This document shows positions 34,301 to 47,279 of a DNA stretch of 64,000 nucleotides, one piece after another. Below the pieces are notes generated by a model. The model ran no database searches, was not told the DNA's origin, and was given only the letters and a program-made list of their open reading frames with translations. The stretch spans positions 310,001 through 374,000 of the forward strand of contig MU008163.1 of assembly GCA_010909165.1 (NCBI GenBank). The letters are read 5' to 3'. How positions within the stretch are numbered: the stretch's first letter is position 1; each line of letters starts with the position of its first letter. A program made the position numbers and the translations under genes. The DNA comes from Anthoceros angustus. Taxonomy: Eukaryota > Plantae > Anthocerotophyta.

Positions 34301-35439
34301 ATCCTTTGCTCCAAGTTTAGGCACACCCAATCAGTATGTAGAGCACATCTATGTACGGGAACGGATCCCATATGCCTCACACAGAGATTCTATCTGCGGG
34401 CAACAATGAAAGCTGTATGCACGTATGTTCACCCACCATCAGCGTTGTCGTCGCTATCACCAGAGGCACCGCTCTCTATCTGCTGCAAGACATGATGAGC
34501 ACATGTCAGGAGACGGGTGCTTCAAGTCTGAACAAGATGATTGCGGAGCAGGCATGTATGCATGCATCCATCAGAGAGTTCTTCCGAATTGCCGAGAGGC
34601 TCAAGATGGGCGCCAACTGTGTTTTGGTAATTTGAGTGATGGGTATTTGGTTGGGCTGAAAGCCCTGACCTTGGCTACACGGTAAACTCTTTCTGTGAGC
34701 TTCAGGCCATGATGAGGCTTATCATGCTACTTTGGCATACCTACATTAATATTATTCTGGTTCACGGAGAAGCAAACGAGATGGGCCGGCTGAGATCCAA
34801 GCTCTTGCAGCATGTGTTTCCTTTCCTGACGGCATGTGTTTCCTTGGAGCTCTCTGCATTAAGATAACCACCTGTGGGAAAGATTGACATTGGGGCAAGG
34901 GTTAGCTGGTCCACAAAAGGAGACTATGGTGTCTAATGCATTATGTTGGGGTCACGTCTATCTAGCTGGGACCTTATGTTCTGGTGGGCACCGCCACAAG
35001 TGTCACGCGTAGCACAGCATACCTCAAACCGTCACTAGTTTCTTCTTGCTGCAGGATTCTGCAGGAACGATTGATGCACCTGGCATGTCTGCTGTATTTC
35101 TCCTACAACATCCTTGTTTATATATGTATATGAAGATTACATGGATACATATGATTATTGCAATTGATATCATATACAACACCGAAAGAGATACAACACT
35201 GACAGCTTTACCCTCCAGAGAAAGCCAGGCTGAACAGAGTAATTTCTAGCTGGAACAGAGTAATTTTTCGTCAGGGTCATTTGTTTCAGGACCTCATGAG
35301 TATGCCCCACACTCGCAGCACTTGAACTCTCAACAGATCAGACTCTGTAATGCTACGCCTCCTCATGAACGAGCAAGAATGCGTTCTGTACTGCTGTGCA
35401 TATACAGCTAGGGGATGAACACGCAGATGCATGTCGGCA
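31386..35439. repeat. Segmental repeat block A, copy 1 (decayed gene of unknown function, minus strand)
   Basis: The same ORF fragments recur at 32648/38959/49846 and 35046/41351/52228. Coding-like minus-strand pieces include MLDRAYFCSMGL...LQVDWATFAFQ and LEHHYVLPVIMAEVDEF...LFHPFTSLIRAK. Confidence 0.9.
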
Positions 35440-36216
35440 TTCACCAAGCTGGATTCACTGTCTTTTAAGCTGCCACAGTTTGTATATATCTTTCACCAAA
35501 CTGCTGCCTACAAACACATCCGCCTCATATATGTCCTAGTCCTCTGATTTGCGAATGAAGCTGCCTTACGTCCCCGACTGCACAGCTGGGGTGCATACAC
35601 TTGCACATGCCTGCAAGAGACGCAGAAATGCTACCAAGGCATTTGCCTAGCTCTACCAAAGCACCTTCCGAGCAGCTTCAGCTGCCACTTGAACATGTTC
35701 ACCAAGCTGCTGGCTACAAGCACATCAGCCTGATGTCCTCGTTCTCTAATTCCCCATGATCATATCGATCCTTTCCATGTCCAAACCCAGGGTGCCCACA
35801 CTTGCACATGCCTGCAAGAAGCATACAAGCGTCACAGAATGAAGAACAGTCCTCCCTCCATCTCGCATAGCGCTAGTCTGTATAGAAGGAGGGCTTCCTG
35901 ACCCATGCCCGCGACGAATATCCTGCTATCATGACAGTCCAATTAGTCACCGCATCTTCCTGTCCAAAGTCCCTCAAACACTCTGCCGAGCTGCCACACT
36001 TGGCATACATGTTCACCAGACAAACACAGACAACCAAATCATCCCCAAGCGCACTGTTCAAGCAAGTCATCATGCAGCTGCTGCCCAGAATCTAAGTGTG
36101 AGCTGGCCCTTGCACAGGCCTGATTGATGGCTATCAAATACATGGGGCGCTCATCCAACTTAGGGGCTGCACGCTTGCCCTTGTTGCCCTGCAGGGTCCA
36201 CAGGAGCCAAGGAGAC
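35440..36216 (-). pseudogene. Block C copy 1: PPR fragment
   Basis: VCLVNMYAKCGSS...VTNWTVMIAGYS with frameshifts. It recurs inverted at 41743-42525 and 52620-53403. Confidence 0.75.
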
Positions 36217-36410
36217 AAAAACTGTCCAGCTTGGGACTGAGATAGTGGCTTGCAGCAGATCATGATCAAAAGTTCCGAAATAACATGCGCAAACAGCATG
36301 TCTTGCACTGAATTCAGAGCTTGCCTGGCCAGCAGGGGTTAGGTGGCCCTCGGGTCTGGTTTCCTCACCCGGGTCCTTCATGCATTGTCGGGCTCATACA
36401 GCATGAGCCG
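36217..36410 (-). pseudogene. ADC 3' tail remnant fused to block B
   Basis: Matches 42526-42720 and 53404-53595. It joins block B at the shared cagcatgag. Confidence 0.7.
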
Positions 36411-37715
36411 AACGACATCAGCGACTCCCCATCGTGCTATAAACTATGTACATATGTATGAAAGGGTCCGACAGGGCGAGCCCGCCGCAGCACATAAACA
36501 AACAAACACGACAGAAGGACGGACACAAGCTAGCGCGGCTGCTGCCGATACGGATATGGATGCGCGCGCGAAAGCATTGCACCGCTAGGCTACACAACAG
36601 CGGAGAAACAACGTAGGACAAGGGCAGGGCAGGGCGAGCTCACCTCGGGGCAGAACCACCTGAACTTGAGCGGCTGAAGACTGCACAAAGCCGAGGGGAC
36701 CTTGCTGTGGAGGCGTGGTGGATTAACTCAAGCCGGATCTCGAGCCGGGTCTCAAGCTGAAAATCTCAGCAGCAGCAGCTTTACGCAAGCGGCTCGGCAA
36801 CGTGTAACCCCAACAGCCAAGCAATGCGCTCGACAAACCAGTGCCGGCGGCGGAGAGCCAACAGTGCTAGCAAGGTAAGCTTGCAGCTTGAGGTTCCCAC
36901 AGCACGAGCCCAAGGAGGAAGCTGGCAAATTCCGCTTGCAAACAATTAACAGCGATGCAAGGCAGACTAGGGAACAGAGCGGGGGTCATGACCGGGGAAG
37001 AGCAACGCACGGCAAGGCAAATCGAAGCACAGCACTAGCACCTCAAGGAGAAGGCTCAGGGTGGGGTGCAGATTCACGACGAGGGCGGATGGGCGGGCAG
37101 GCGTACGGGCGGGTGGGCGGGCAGGCTTCCGGGCACGGAAGGACGGCAGGCGAAAGAAAGAGTGCGAAGTGCATATGTGCGTATCTCGGGTGCAGCGCCC
37201 TTGGAAGTCACACTTTTCTTCTTTGAAACCATTCCGGAAGCACGTTGAAAATTTATGGAGAAGAACCACATTGAAAATTTCATGTCGCTTGGTGATACAC
37301 CTAAAGCTTAACCAGGTTTTGGGGACTGCCTTCCAATGCCCAAGCTCCTGAGGGACCCCAATGGACGTCATGGCATGTTGATGAATGTATGAGTATGTTG
37401 TATTTGGCATTATTCAAGCCCGCAAGTCACCCTTGGGGACGAAGCTGTTACCGGTCGAAATCCTGACGACCTCACAAGGTAGCGTGATCGGTATCAGGAT
37501 ATTCAATTGAATGCAAACTCAGCATACTGGGCTTATGTAACACAAGGATGGGTATGCCCATTTACTTCAAGCTAGTGCCTACAAGCGTACCTTCAAACCA
37601 TTAAGAGTCTCTTTTGCTGCAGGATTCTTGAGGCAAAACGACCCACATGGCATGTGTCCTGTACATCTCTTGCAAAACTAAAGCTGATCATGACACAAAG
37701 CATAGGCAACCTGGA
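36411..37715. repeat. Segmental repeat block B, copy 1 (ADC upstream region)
   Basis: Near-identical to ~47280-48605 and more diverged from ~55805-57115. Confidence 0.9.
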
Positions 37716-40700
37716 CTAGCAACCAAGCTGGAACAAAGAAGACAGTCCACTCTAAACTGGAGCCAAGCTTGACCAGGACCACTCGTACGTGTCTAAGACA
37801 GCGAAATTTGGCTGCCTTGATGGCCTCATTTCAACAAGGGAGTTTGAGAGCGAAGCCTCGAGAAGCTTCAGACATGACCTGCAAGACTCAATCCAGGAGA
37901 ATGTCAAGGAAGTCCAACACGCAGAAAGAATACGCAGGGCAAAGCGGAAATTAACAACTGGGAGAAAATAGACGTGGCCAGAAAGAGACTACTCAGTTGC
38001 AATCCAAGCTGATCTGACCCCGGAATCCACAGGTGTAGCAGCAAATATTGATACAGCCGTTCCCTTGGGAGCAGCACCACTACTCAGGCATGCCACTGTC
38101 TTAGCTCGGATTAGACTTGTGAAGGGATGGAACACGTAACTTGTTGGTACCCAAAAGCCCCTGTCGCTGGCTTGTGCCACCGTCTGGTCCCTGCGAACAA
38201 ATATTCCTGCATCGATGAGCTTCGATCTCATTGTCTTAGCAGTAGAATTTCTCACATCAGGCCAGCCTTGTCCTGGGGATCAGGTGCAGGTGAGAATTCA
38301 TCCACTTCAGCCATTATCATAGGGAGCACATAGTGATGTTCCAGCAGGACGTGCTTAGAAGCATCACCACCGCTGAAGAGTCTGTAGAATTCTGGAAGTA
38401 CTCTTCTTTGACAAAGATTTGCATTGTTTAATTTTCTAAAGACATCATGATCACAATACAAAGAAGTTCTAGTTTACAAAGAATTGAATCACGTCCAGCA
38501 ACGGAGCTTTCCCCAAAACCAGGGAGCCTTTCCAACACTGAAGAGACACTCCAAACAATTTTCTAAACTGCAAAGGAATTGAACCACGTCCAGCAAGGGT
38601 ACTGGAACTTTCCCCAAAATCAGGGAAGCCTTTCCAACACTCAACAGACTCTCCATAGCCTCCTTCCTCAAAGGATGTCAACACCCTGCTGATGTTAATT
38701 GTTGAAGGCCCGGCCCCTTGACCCTCTCCCGCACAGTCGCTGCTCACTTGTTACAGATTCAGGCGAGTGCTACTTTAGTAGATAGACAGCCATCAGATAG
38801 AATTCCAAGGGCCAAGTCGGTAGAACGCCAGAGGCGTAATAGGTAGGACCGCTGGTCACGCCTTGAGTATATAAGTGAGTTTCTGTAGTGCTCAACACAC
38901 TCACGCAGGTTCATGCAGGTAGATAGATTTGCTCATTTCCCCAAGTTGAACATGGCCCTTGAGAGCTCCAACAGTCTTGGGTCTTCCTCAAACCCTCAAA
39001 CCTGCATTTAACACCACATTAATATGGTTTCAGTTCGTGACATTCTGTGCATTGCTTTGCACGTCATGGGCGAAGTACATGAAAACTCCTGAGATTTATG
39101 AATCAAGGGCAGGAACTCACCGGGAGAAGCAGCTGGACACGGAGGTTCTGGACGAGACCCCGGAGGCGCTGGGCCTGCTTAATCCCGCGTCCATCTCGGA
39201 GTGAGATTTGGACTCGGACTCATCCGCGCGCTTCCTCCTGGCCCGTGCAAACAGGCATTCCCTGAGGTCGGGTCTCATGTTCCACCTTCCGCGCCACATC
39301 GGGAGCATTCCCGGCGACCTCTCCGTATCCTTGCTTGGGATCAGCCATACTCACAGGCACGTAGGCTCTTCTTGTGCTCTTCGCCAATCTGCCCATAAAC
39401 TGGGTCTGGAAGGCGAAGGTTGCCCAGTCCACCTGCAGACGCCTGTGGAGGCGATGGCGCCTATTGCAAAAGCAACGCTAGCTTGACTCCAGTTCGCGTT
39501 TTGATAGGGATACACCTTGTTCCTTAAGTCTCTGAGAAATTGGCGCTCTATTGTGCGCGCCTTTCGGAGGTTGACGAGACCCTTGCCGGTCCAACCGAAC
39601 TCGTCCACCACGTCCTGGCGAGTCACAATTCCGTCCCAGGCATGGGACTTCCTTGGATCAAGGCCTGTGTCACTCAGGCCCATGCTACAGAAGTAGGCCC
39701 TATCCAACACGGGCCCCTCCTGTTGCCGTCACCTCCAGCCATCGCTCCCTGCTGCGCTTGCTGCTGTCCAGGTCGCGCCATATCGATCCCCGCTTTGGTC
39801 AGGTCTTCCAACCCCAGCCGCCTGCTTTCTGCTTTCTGGTGGCACCAGCAGAGAACAGAAGCCGCAGGACACAATCCCGCCGAACCCTGAATTAACGGGC
39901 TTGCCGATGTACGGAAACCCTAGTATCTCGCACTTTTGAACTCGCACAATGGAGTCCGGCTCACCCGGAAAACTGAGTCCTCCCATTATATACTTACTTA
40001 CACCAGTCTATTGCGAGGTTACGACCCGCTTCAGCCGCCACTTTCCTTACAATGTTGTACATCGATATTTTTCCTTCTACGGGTTTGGATGTCTAGTGAT
40101 GGCCAGGTAGTACAGACTTTGCTCAGATTGTCATGGCAGAAGCCAATGTTGACGAGATAGATACACTGACCAGATGACATGACTGCATTGTTGACCAGGT
40201 GCCAAGCCAATTTCGGTACTGTTTCCAGGCCTGACAATCGTCCATGCATGCATGTTTTGCCTCCTCCTCCAATATTTGTGGGCTCTACAAGAGTGCTTTT
40301 GCGCCTCCGCTTCCTGCCGAGCACTTTAGGCTAGCAGCATGGATGGGCATTAGTTGGAGCAGCATGGTGATAGCCTAGCAACATGGTCTTTTCAATATTT
40401 CAGGTACGCCTGCAGCCACACCGGCGGCATGTACATATCTCGCACGTATTGTCGTCTAATACAAAATTAATTGCGGCAGCACTGTAACATTGTGGACCAC
40501 CCACTCAGTCTGATGGAGGTCCATTGCACTCATATCTTCCTTGGCACTCGAATTCATCATGTGAAAACAAGGAAGGAAACCACGTGGTGGCTCCAATTCC
40601 TCCTCTGAATCCTTTGCTCCAAGTTTAGCACACCCAATCAGTATGTAGAGCACATCTATGTACGGGAACGGATCCCATATGCCTCACACAGAGATTCTAT

Positions 40701-41742
40701 CTGCGGGCAACAATGAAAGCTGTATGCACGTATGTTCACCCACCATCAGCGTTGTCGTCGCTATCACCAGAGGCACCGCTCTCTATCTGCTGCAAGACAT
40801 GATGAGCACATGTCAAGAGACGTGCTTCAAGTCTGAACAAGATGATTGTGCAGCAGGCATGTATGCATGCATCCATCAGAGAGTTCTTCCGAATTGCCGA
40901 GAGGCTCAAGATGGGCGCCAACTGTGTTTTGGTAATTTGAGTGATGGGTATTTGGTTGGGCTGAAAGCCCTGACCTTGGCTACACGGTAAACTCTTTCTG
41001 TGAGCTTCAGGCCATGATGAGGCTTATCATGCTACTTTGGCATACCTACATTAATATTATTCTGGTTCACGGAGAAGCAAACGAGATGGGCCGGCTGAGA
41101 TCCAAGCTCTTGCAGCATGTGTTTCCTTTCCTGACGGCATGTGTTTCCTTGGAGCTCTCTGCATTAAGATAACCACCTGTGGGAAAGATTGACATTGGGG
41201 CAAGGGTTAGCTGGTCCACAAAAGGAGACTATGGTGTCTAATGCATTATGTTGGGGTCACGTCTATCTAGCTGGGACCTTATGTTCTGGTGGGCACCGCC
41301 ACAAGTGTCACGCGTAGCACAGCATACCTCAAACCATCACTAGTTTCTTCTTGCTGCAGGATTCTGCAGGAACGATTGATGCACCTGGCATGTCTGCTGT
41401 ATTTCTCCTACAACATCCTTGTTTATATATGTATATGAAGATTACATGGATACATATGATTATTGCAATTGATATCATATACAACACCGAAAGAGATACA
41501 ACACTGACAGCTTTACCCTCCAGAGAAAGCCAGGCTGAACAGAGTAATTTCTAGCTGGAACAGAGTAATTTTCGTGAGGGTCATATGTTTCAGGACCTCA
41601 TGAGTATGCCCCACACTCGCAGCACTTGAACTCTCAACAGATCAGACTCTGTAATGCTACACCTCCTCATGAACGAGCAAGAATGCGTTCTGTACTGCTG
41701 TGCATATGCAGCTAGGGATGAACACGCAGATGCATGTCGGCA
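37716..41742. repeat. Block A copy 2
   Basis: Offset of about 6.3 kb from copy 1 and 10.89 kb from copy 3. It shares the derived cagtccactctaaactg deletion with copy 3. Confidence 0.9.
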
Positions 41743-42525
41743 GTCTGCCTTGGCTCCTGTGGACCCTGAGCAGGGCAGCAAGGGAAAGCGTGCAGCCCCT
41801 AAGTTGGATGAGCGCCCCATGTATTTGATAGCCATCAATCAGGCCTGTGCAAGGGCCAGCTCACACTTAGATTCTGGGCAGCAGCTGCATGATGACTTGC
41901 TTGAACAGTGCGCTTGGGGATGATTTGGTTGTCTGTGTTTGTCTGGTGAACATGTATGCCAAGTGTGGCAGCTCGGCAGAGTGTTTGAGGACTTTGGACA
42001 GGAAGATGCGGTGACTAATTGGACTGTCATGATAGCAGGATATTCGTCGCGGGCATGGGTCAGGAAGCCCTCCTTCTATACAGACTAGCGCTATGCGAGA
42101 TGGAGGGAGGACTGTTCTTCATTCTGTGACGCTTGTATGCTTCTTGCAGGCATGTGCAAGTGTGGGCACCCTGGGTTTGGACATGGGAAAGGATCGATAT
42201 GATCATGGGGAATTAGAGAACGAGGACATCAGGCTGATGTGCTTGTAGCCAGCAGCTTGGTGAACATGTTCGCAAAGTGGCAGCTTGAAGCTGCTCGGAA
42301 GGTGCTTTGGTAGAGCTAGGCAAATGCCTTGGTAGCATTTCTGCGTCTCTTGCAGGCATGTGCAAGTGTATGCACCCCAGCTGTGCAGTCGGGGACGTAA
42401 GGCAGCTTCATTCGCAAATCAGAGGACTAGGACATATATGAGGCGGATGTGTTTGTAGGCAGCAGTTTGATGAAAGATGTATACAAACTGTGGCAGCTTA
42501 AAGACAGTGAATCCAGCTTGGTGAA
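41743..42525 (+). pseudogene. Block C copy 2 (inverted PPR fragment)
   Basis: Reverse complement of 35440-36216. Confidence 0.75.
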
Positions 42526-42670
42526 GACAGAAACTGTCCAGCTTGGGACTGAGATAGTGAAAAGTTCCGAAATAACATGCGCAAACAGCATGTCTTGCAC
42601 TGAATTCAGAGCTTGCCTGGCCAGCAGGGGTTAGGTGGCCCTCGGGTCTGGTTTCCTCAACCCGGGTCCT

Positions 42671-43767
42671 TCATGCATTGTTGGGCTCATACAGCATGAG
42701 CCGATCGACATCAGCGATCTGAGCGTGGCCTGGGACAGCTGACTCCTCAATGTCATAACTTACCTCTCCCGTCGTCTTCTGTGTAACCCGCACAGTACTG
42801 CTGTTGCCGAACAGAACTTTGTACATGTTCCCGAGGATCTCCTGATAAGCACCTGCAAGGAAGATGCCCATGTAGTAGGGCTTGCTGCAAGGGGTGCACC
42901 TCCATGTATTCCTTTATGGTTGCCATACACATCCTTCCCGATGAACTTGCACACCTTGCCAGCGCTGTCACAAGTGAAGTCGCAAAGGATGGCGCGGGTG
43001 GTGGGCTCCTCCTCCAGTCGCTGCAGGGGCGTAATCGGAACAGCTGTCCCAAAGCCCAGTAGTCTGGCAAAGATCTCACCACACTCAAATTAATGTAGTA
43101 GGTCGCTTTGTGAGTGGGGGCTTCGGGGTCCGGCGTTCCCTCCCTGCAATTGCAGTTTGCAGCTGCCGGAGACGTGAACGACGCTGCATTAGACTCTACT
43201 CCGCGCAGGTACCTTGTGTGCTCCTCCGCTGTCACCAGCACTTCATAGATGCTGTCCATGACTGCACGAACCTCCAGCTTCACAGCTCCGGTGTCGAAAA
43301 GGTGGGCACACTCGGCCCTTATCCTGCCAGCAGTCTTCAGAGCAATCGCAATGAGGTCGTAGTGGTCGACAACGTTTTCATGATCAGGGCAACCTGCACG
43401 AGTAGCCAAACACAGATCCAGGACGTCACAGTACAGCTCTATGGACGCCCATTTCTTCCGCAGGCCCCTGTGAAGAATCTCCAGCTGCTCCCGGAACCCA
43501 GCAACACCTCCCTGGACAGATAGTCCCCTCCTGTCGCCCGCAAGCACATCGAACTACCGAGTGATACGACACCAGGGCCCGCCCAGTCTCACAGCACAGA
43601 GTGGGCTGCTGCCCAGAATCTAAGTGTGAGCTGGCATGCACCTCGGATGGCCTCAACCACCACCTCCGCGTACTCCTCCACACTGTACCCCATGGAGAGG
43701 TCCGAGTTCTCGGAATGAGAACCGTCAAAGTCCACACCGATCGCGAGCCCCTCCGATGTGGATGATG
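42671..43767 (-). pseudogene. ADC: ADC 3' half, copy 2
   Basis: CETGRALVSYHSV, YYINLSVVRSLPDYWALGQLF, TCDSAGKVCKFIG and MGIFLAGAYQEILGNM lie in several frames. Confidence 0.8.
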
Positions 43768-46545
43768 AGGCTTATCATGCTACTTTGGCATACATGTTCA
43801 CCAAGCTGCCACACTTGCACATGCCTGCAAGAGACGCAGAAATGCTACCAAGGCATTTGCCTAGCTCTACCAAAGCACCTTCCGAGCAGCTTCCAAGCTG
43901 CCACACTTGGCATACATGTTCACCAAGCTGCCACTTTGCGAACATGTTCACCAAGCTGCCACACTTGCACATGCCTGCAAGAGACGCAGAAATGCTACCA
44001 AGGCATTTGCCTAGCTCTACCAAAGCACCTTCCGAGCAGCTTCCAAGCTGCCACACTTGGCATACATGTTCACCAAGCTGGATTCACTGTCTTTTAAGCT
44101 GCCACACTTGGCATACATGTTCACCAAGCTGCCACACTTGGCATACATGTTCACCAAGCTGGATTCACTGTCTTTTAAGCTGCCACACTTGCACATGCCT
44201 GCAAGACATGATGAGGCTTATCATGCTACTTTGGCATACATGTTCACCAAGCTGCCACCACGATGTCCAACTCCTGCTCTTGCTCCAACACGATGATGGA
44301 ATTGAGCAGCATCTTCCTGGCTGTCAGGGCAAGGGTTAGCTGGTCCACAAAAGGAGACTATGGTGTCTAATGCATTATGTTGGGGTCACGTCTATCTAGC
44401 TGGGACCTTATGTTCTGGTGGGCACCGCCACAAGTGTCACGCGTAGCACAGCATACCTCAAACCGTCACTAGTTTCTTCTTGCTGCAGGATTCTGCAGGA
44501 ACGATTGATGCACCTGGCATGTCTGCTGTATTTCTCCTACAACATCCTTGTTTATATATGTATATGAAGATTACATGGATACATATGATTATTGCAATTG
44601 ATATCATATACAACACCGAAAGAGATACAACACTGACAGCTTTACCCTCCAGAGAAAGCCAGGCTGAACAGAGTAATTTCTAGCTGGAACAGAGTAATTT
44701 TTCGTCAGGGTCATTTGTTTCAGGACCTCATGAGTATGCCCCACACTCGCAGCACTTGAACTCTCAACAGATCAGACTCTGTAATGCTACGCCTCCTCAT
44801 GAACGAGCAAGAATGCGTTCTGTACTGCTGTGCATATACAGCTAGGGGATGAACACGCAGATGCATGTCGGCATTCACCAAGCTGGATTCACTGTCTTTT
44901 AAGCTGCCACAGTTTGTATATATCTTTCACCAAACTGCTGCCTACAAACACATCCGCCTCATATATGTCCTAGTCCTCTGATTTGCGAATGAAGCTGCCT
45001 TACGTCCCCGACTGCACAGCTGGGGTGCATACACTTGCACATGCCTGCAAGAGACGCAGAAATGCTACCAAGGCATTTGCCTAGCTCTACCAAAGCACCT
45101 TCCGAGCAGCTGCCACTTTGCGAACATGTTCACCAAGCTGCTGGCTACAAGCACATCAGCCTGATGTCCTCGTTCTCTAATTCCCCATGATCATATCGAT
45201 CCTTTCCCATGTCCAAACCCAGGGTGCCCACACTTGCACATGCCTGCAAGAAGCATACAAGCGTCACAGAATGAAGAACAGTCCTCCTCCATCTCGCATA
45301 GCGCTAGTCTGTATAGAAGGAGGGCTTCCTGACCCATGCCCGCGACGAATATCCTGCTATCATGACAGTCCAATTAGTCACCGCATCTTCCTGTCCAAAG
45401 TCCCTCAAACACTCTGCCGAGCTGCCACACTTGGCATACATGTTCACCAGACAAACACAGACAACCAAATCATCCCCAAGCGCACTGTTCAAGCAAGTCA
45501 TCATGCAGCTGCTGCCCAGAATCTAAGTGTGAGCTGGCCTTGCAGAGATATGCCATCGCCGAGAGAAGTTTCGGCTCCGACCCGCTTCCAGGCCGTAGTC
45601 GAATTCCCTCCCGCAGTCCAGGATGTCCTCCATGATCTGCCGGTCGGGGTTGCACTTCATGGGAAAACCCCACGGAACACTCCATCGTAGCCCGGTCTGG
45701 CCATGGCCTCAACAAAGGCATGGTTCAAAGTGTGAAGCCTGTGCCTCAGAATGTCGGGGAACTGGATGATGAGGTTGTGCCCCAACAAAGGCATGGTTCA
45801 AAGTGTGAAGCCTGTGCCTCAGAATGTCGGGGAACTGGATGATGAGGCTTATCATGCTACTTTGGCATACATGTTCACCAAGCTGCCACACTTGGCATAC
45901 ATGTTCACCAAGCTGCCACACTTGGCATACATGTTCACCAAGCTGGATTCACTGTCTTTTAAGCTGCCACACTTGGCATACATGTTCACCCACCATCAGC
46001 GTTGTCGTCGCTATCACCAGAGGCACCGCTCTCTATCTGCTGCAAGACATGATGAGGCTTATCATGCTACTTTGGCATACATGTTCACCAAGCTGCCACT
46101 TTGCGAACATGTTCACCAAGCTGCCACTTTGCGAACATGTTCACCAAGCTGCTGGCTACAAGCACATCAGCCTGATGTCCTCGTTCTCTAATTCCCCATG
46201 ATCATATCGATCCTTTCCCATGTCCAAACCCAGGGTGCCCACACTTGCACATGCCTGCAAGAAGCATACAAGCGTCACAGAATGAAGAACAGTCCTCCCT
46301 CCATCTCGCATAGCGCTAGTCTGTATAGAAGGAGGGCTTCCTGACCCATGCCCGCGACGAATATCCTGCTATCATGACAGTCCAATTAGTCACCGCATCT
46401 TCCTGTCCAAAGTCCCTCAAACACTCTGCCGAGCTGCCACACTTGGCATACATGTTCACCAGACAAACACAGACAACCAAATCATCCCCAAGCGCACTGT
46501 TCAAGCAAGTCATCATGCAGCTGCTGCCCAGAATCTAAGTGTGAG
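43768..46545. other. Mosaic of short local donor segments (PPR block C, block A, ADC) joined at microhomologies
   Basis: Recurrent strings such as gatgaggcttatcatgctactttggcatacatgttcaccaagctg (~43763, 44210, 45840, 46050), ADC pieces at ~44255-44335 and ~45535-45840, and a block A end + block C copy at ~44335-45535. Confidence 0.8.
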
Positions 46546-47098
46546 CTGGCCTTGCAGAGATATGCCATCGCCGAGAGAAGTTTCGGCTCCGACCCGCTTC
46601 CAGGCCGTAGTCGAATTCCCTCCCGCAGTCCAGGATGTCCTCCATGATCTGCCGGTCGGGGTTGCACTTCATGGGAAAACCCCACGGAACACTCCATCGT
46701 AGCCCGGTCTGGCCATGGCCTCAACAAAGGCATGGTTCAAAGTGTGAAGCCTGTGCCTCAGAATGTCGAACTGGATGATGAGGTTGTGCCCCAACAAAGG
46801 CATGGTTCAAAGTGTGAAGCCTGTGCCTCAGAATGTCGGGGAACTGGATGATGAGGTTGTGCCCGACCCGGGAGCTAGCCCTGCCCACGATATGCTCCAC
46901 GGCCTCCTGCCGGTCAATCTCCTCTCCGGGCTGCGTGTCCTGCCCGTGAGGCTGCACACACATGTGCCCCATGTCGTTGATTTTAAAGTATGGGGCACCC
47001 CATCCGTCGACATTGTACGTTCTGGAAGAATGTGCCACGCTCCAGCCATGACCATGCGTATGTCCATGCCCAGCTGAAGGCCGGCTGACTGAAGCCAT
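46546..47098 (-). pseudogene. ADC: ADC 5' part, copy 2
   Basis: The ATG at 47098 starts MASVSRPSAG...WSVAHSSRTYNVDGWGAPYF. The internal 73-bp duplication is present. Confidence 0.8.
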
Positions 47099-47279
47099 TT
47101 CACCTTCCTTTCTCGCTCGATCTGTCGTCTGCACACGCACGTGAAACCAAATGTATCCACCGACACAGTTCTTTTAGCTAACAGAAGGGAGCACCATCAC
47201 CATATTCATGTCTCTGAGCAGGAAAAAGGAAACAACCTTTTCTCCGACAACGACAACTGTGCGCAAGAACCCTAAACAT

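Noticed and set aside
35046-35249. Identical 67-aa ORF repeated four times as a conserved small protein
   Set aside because: Its identity simply reflects the recent segmental duplication. It starts at a non-ATG codon and has no independent coding evidence.
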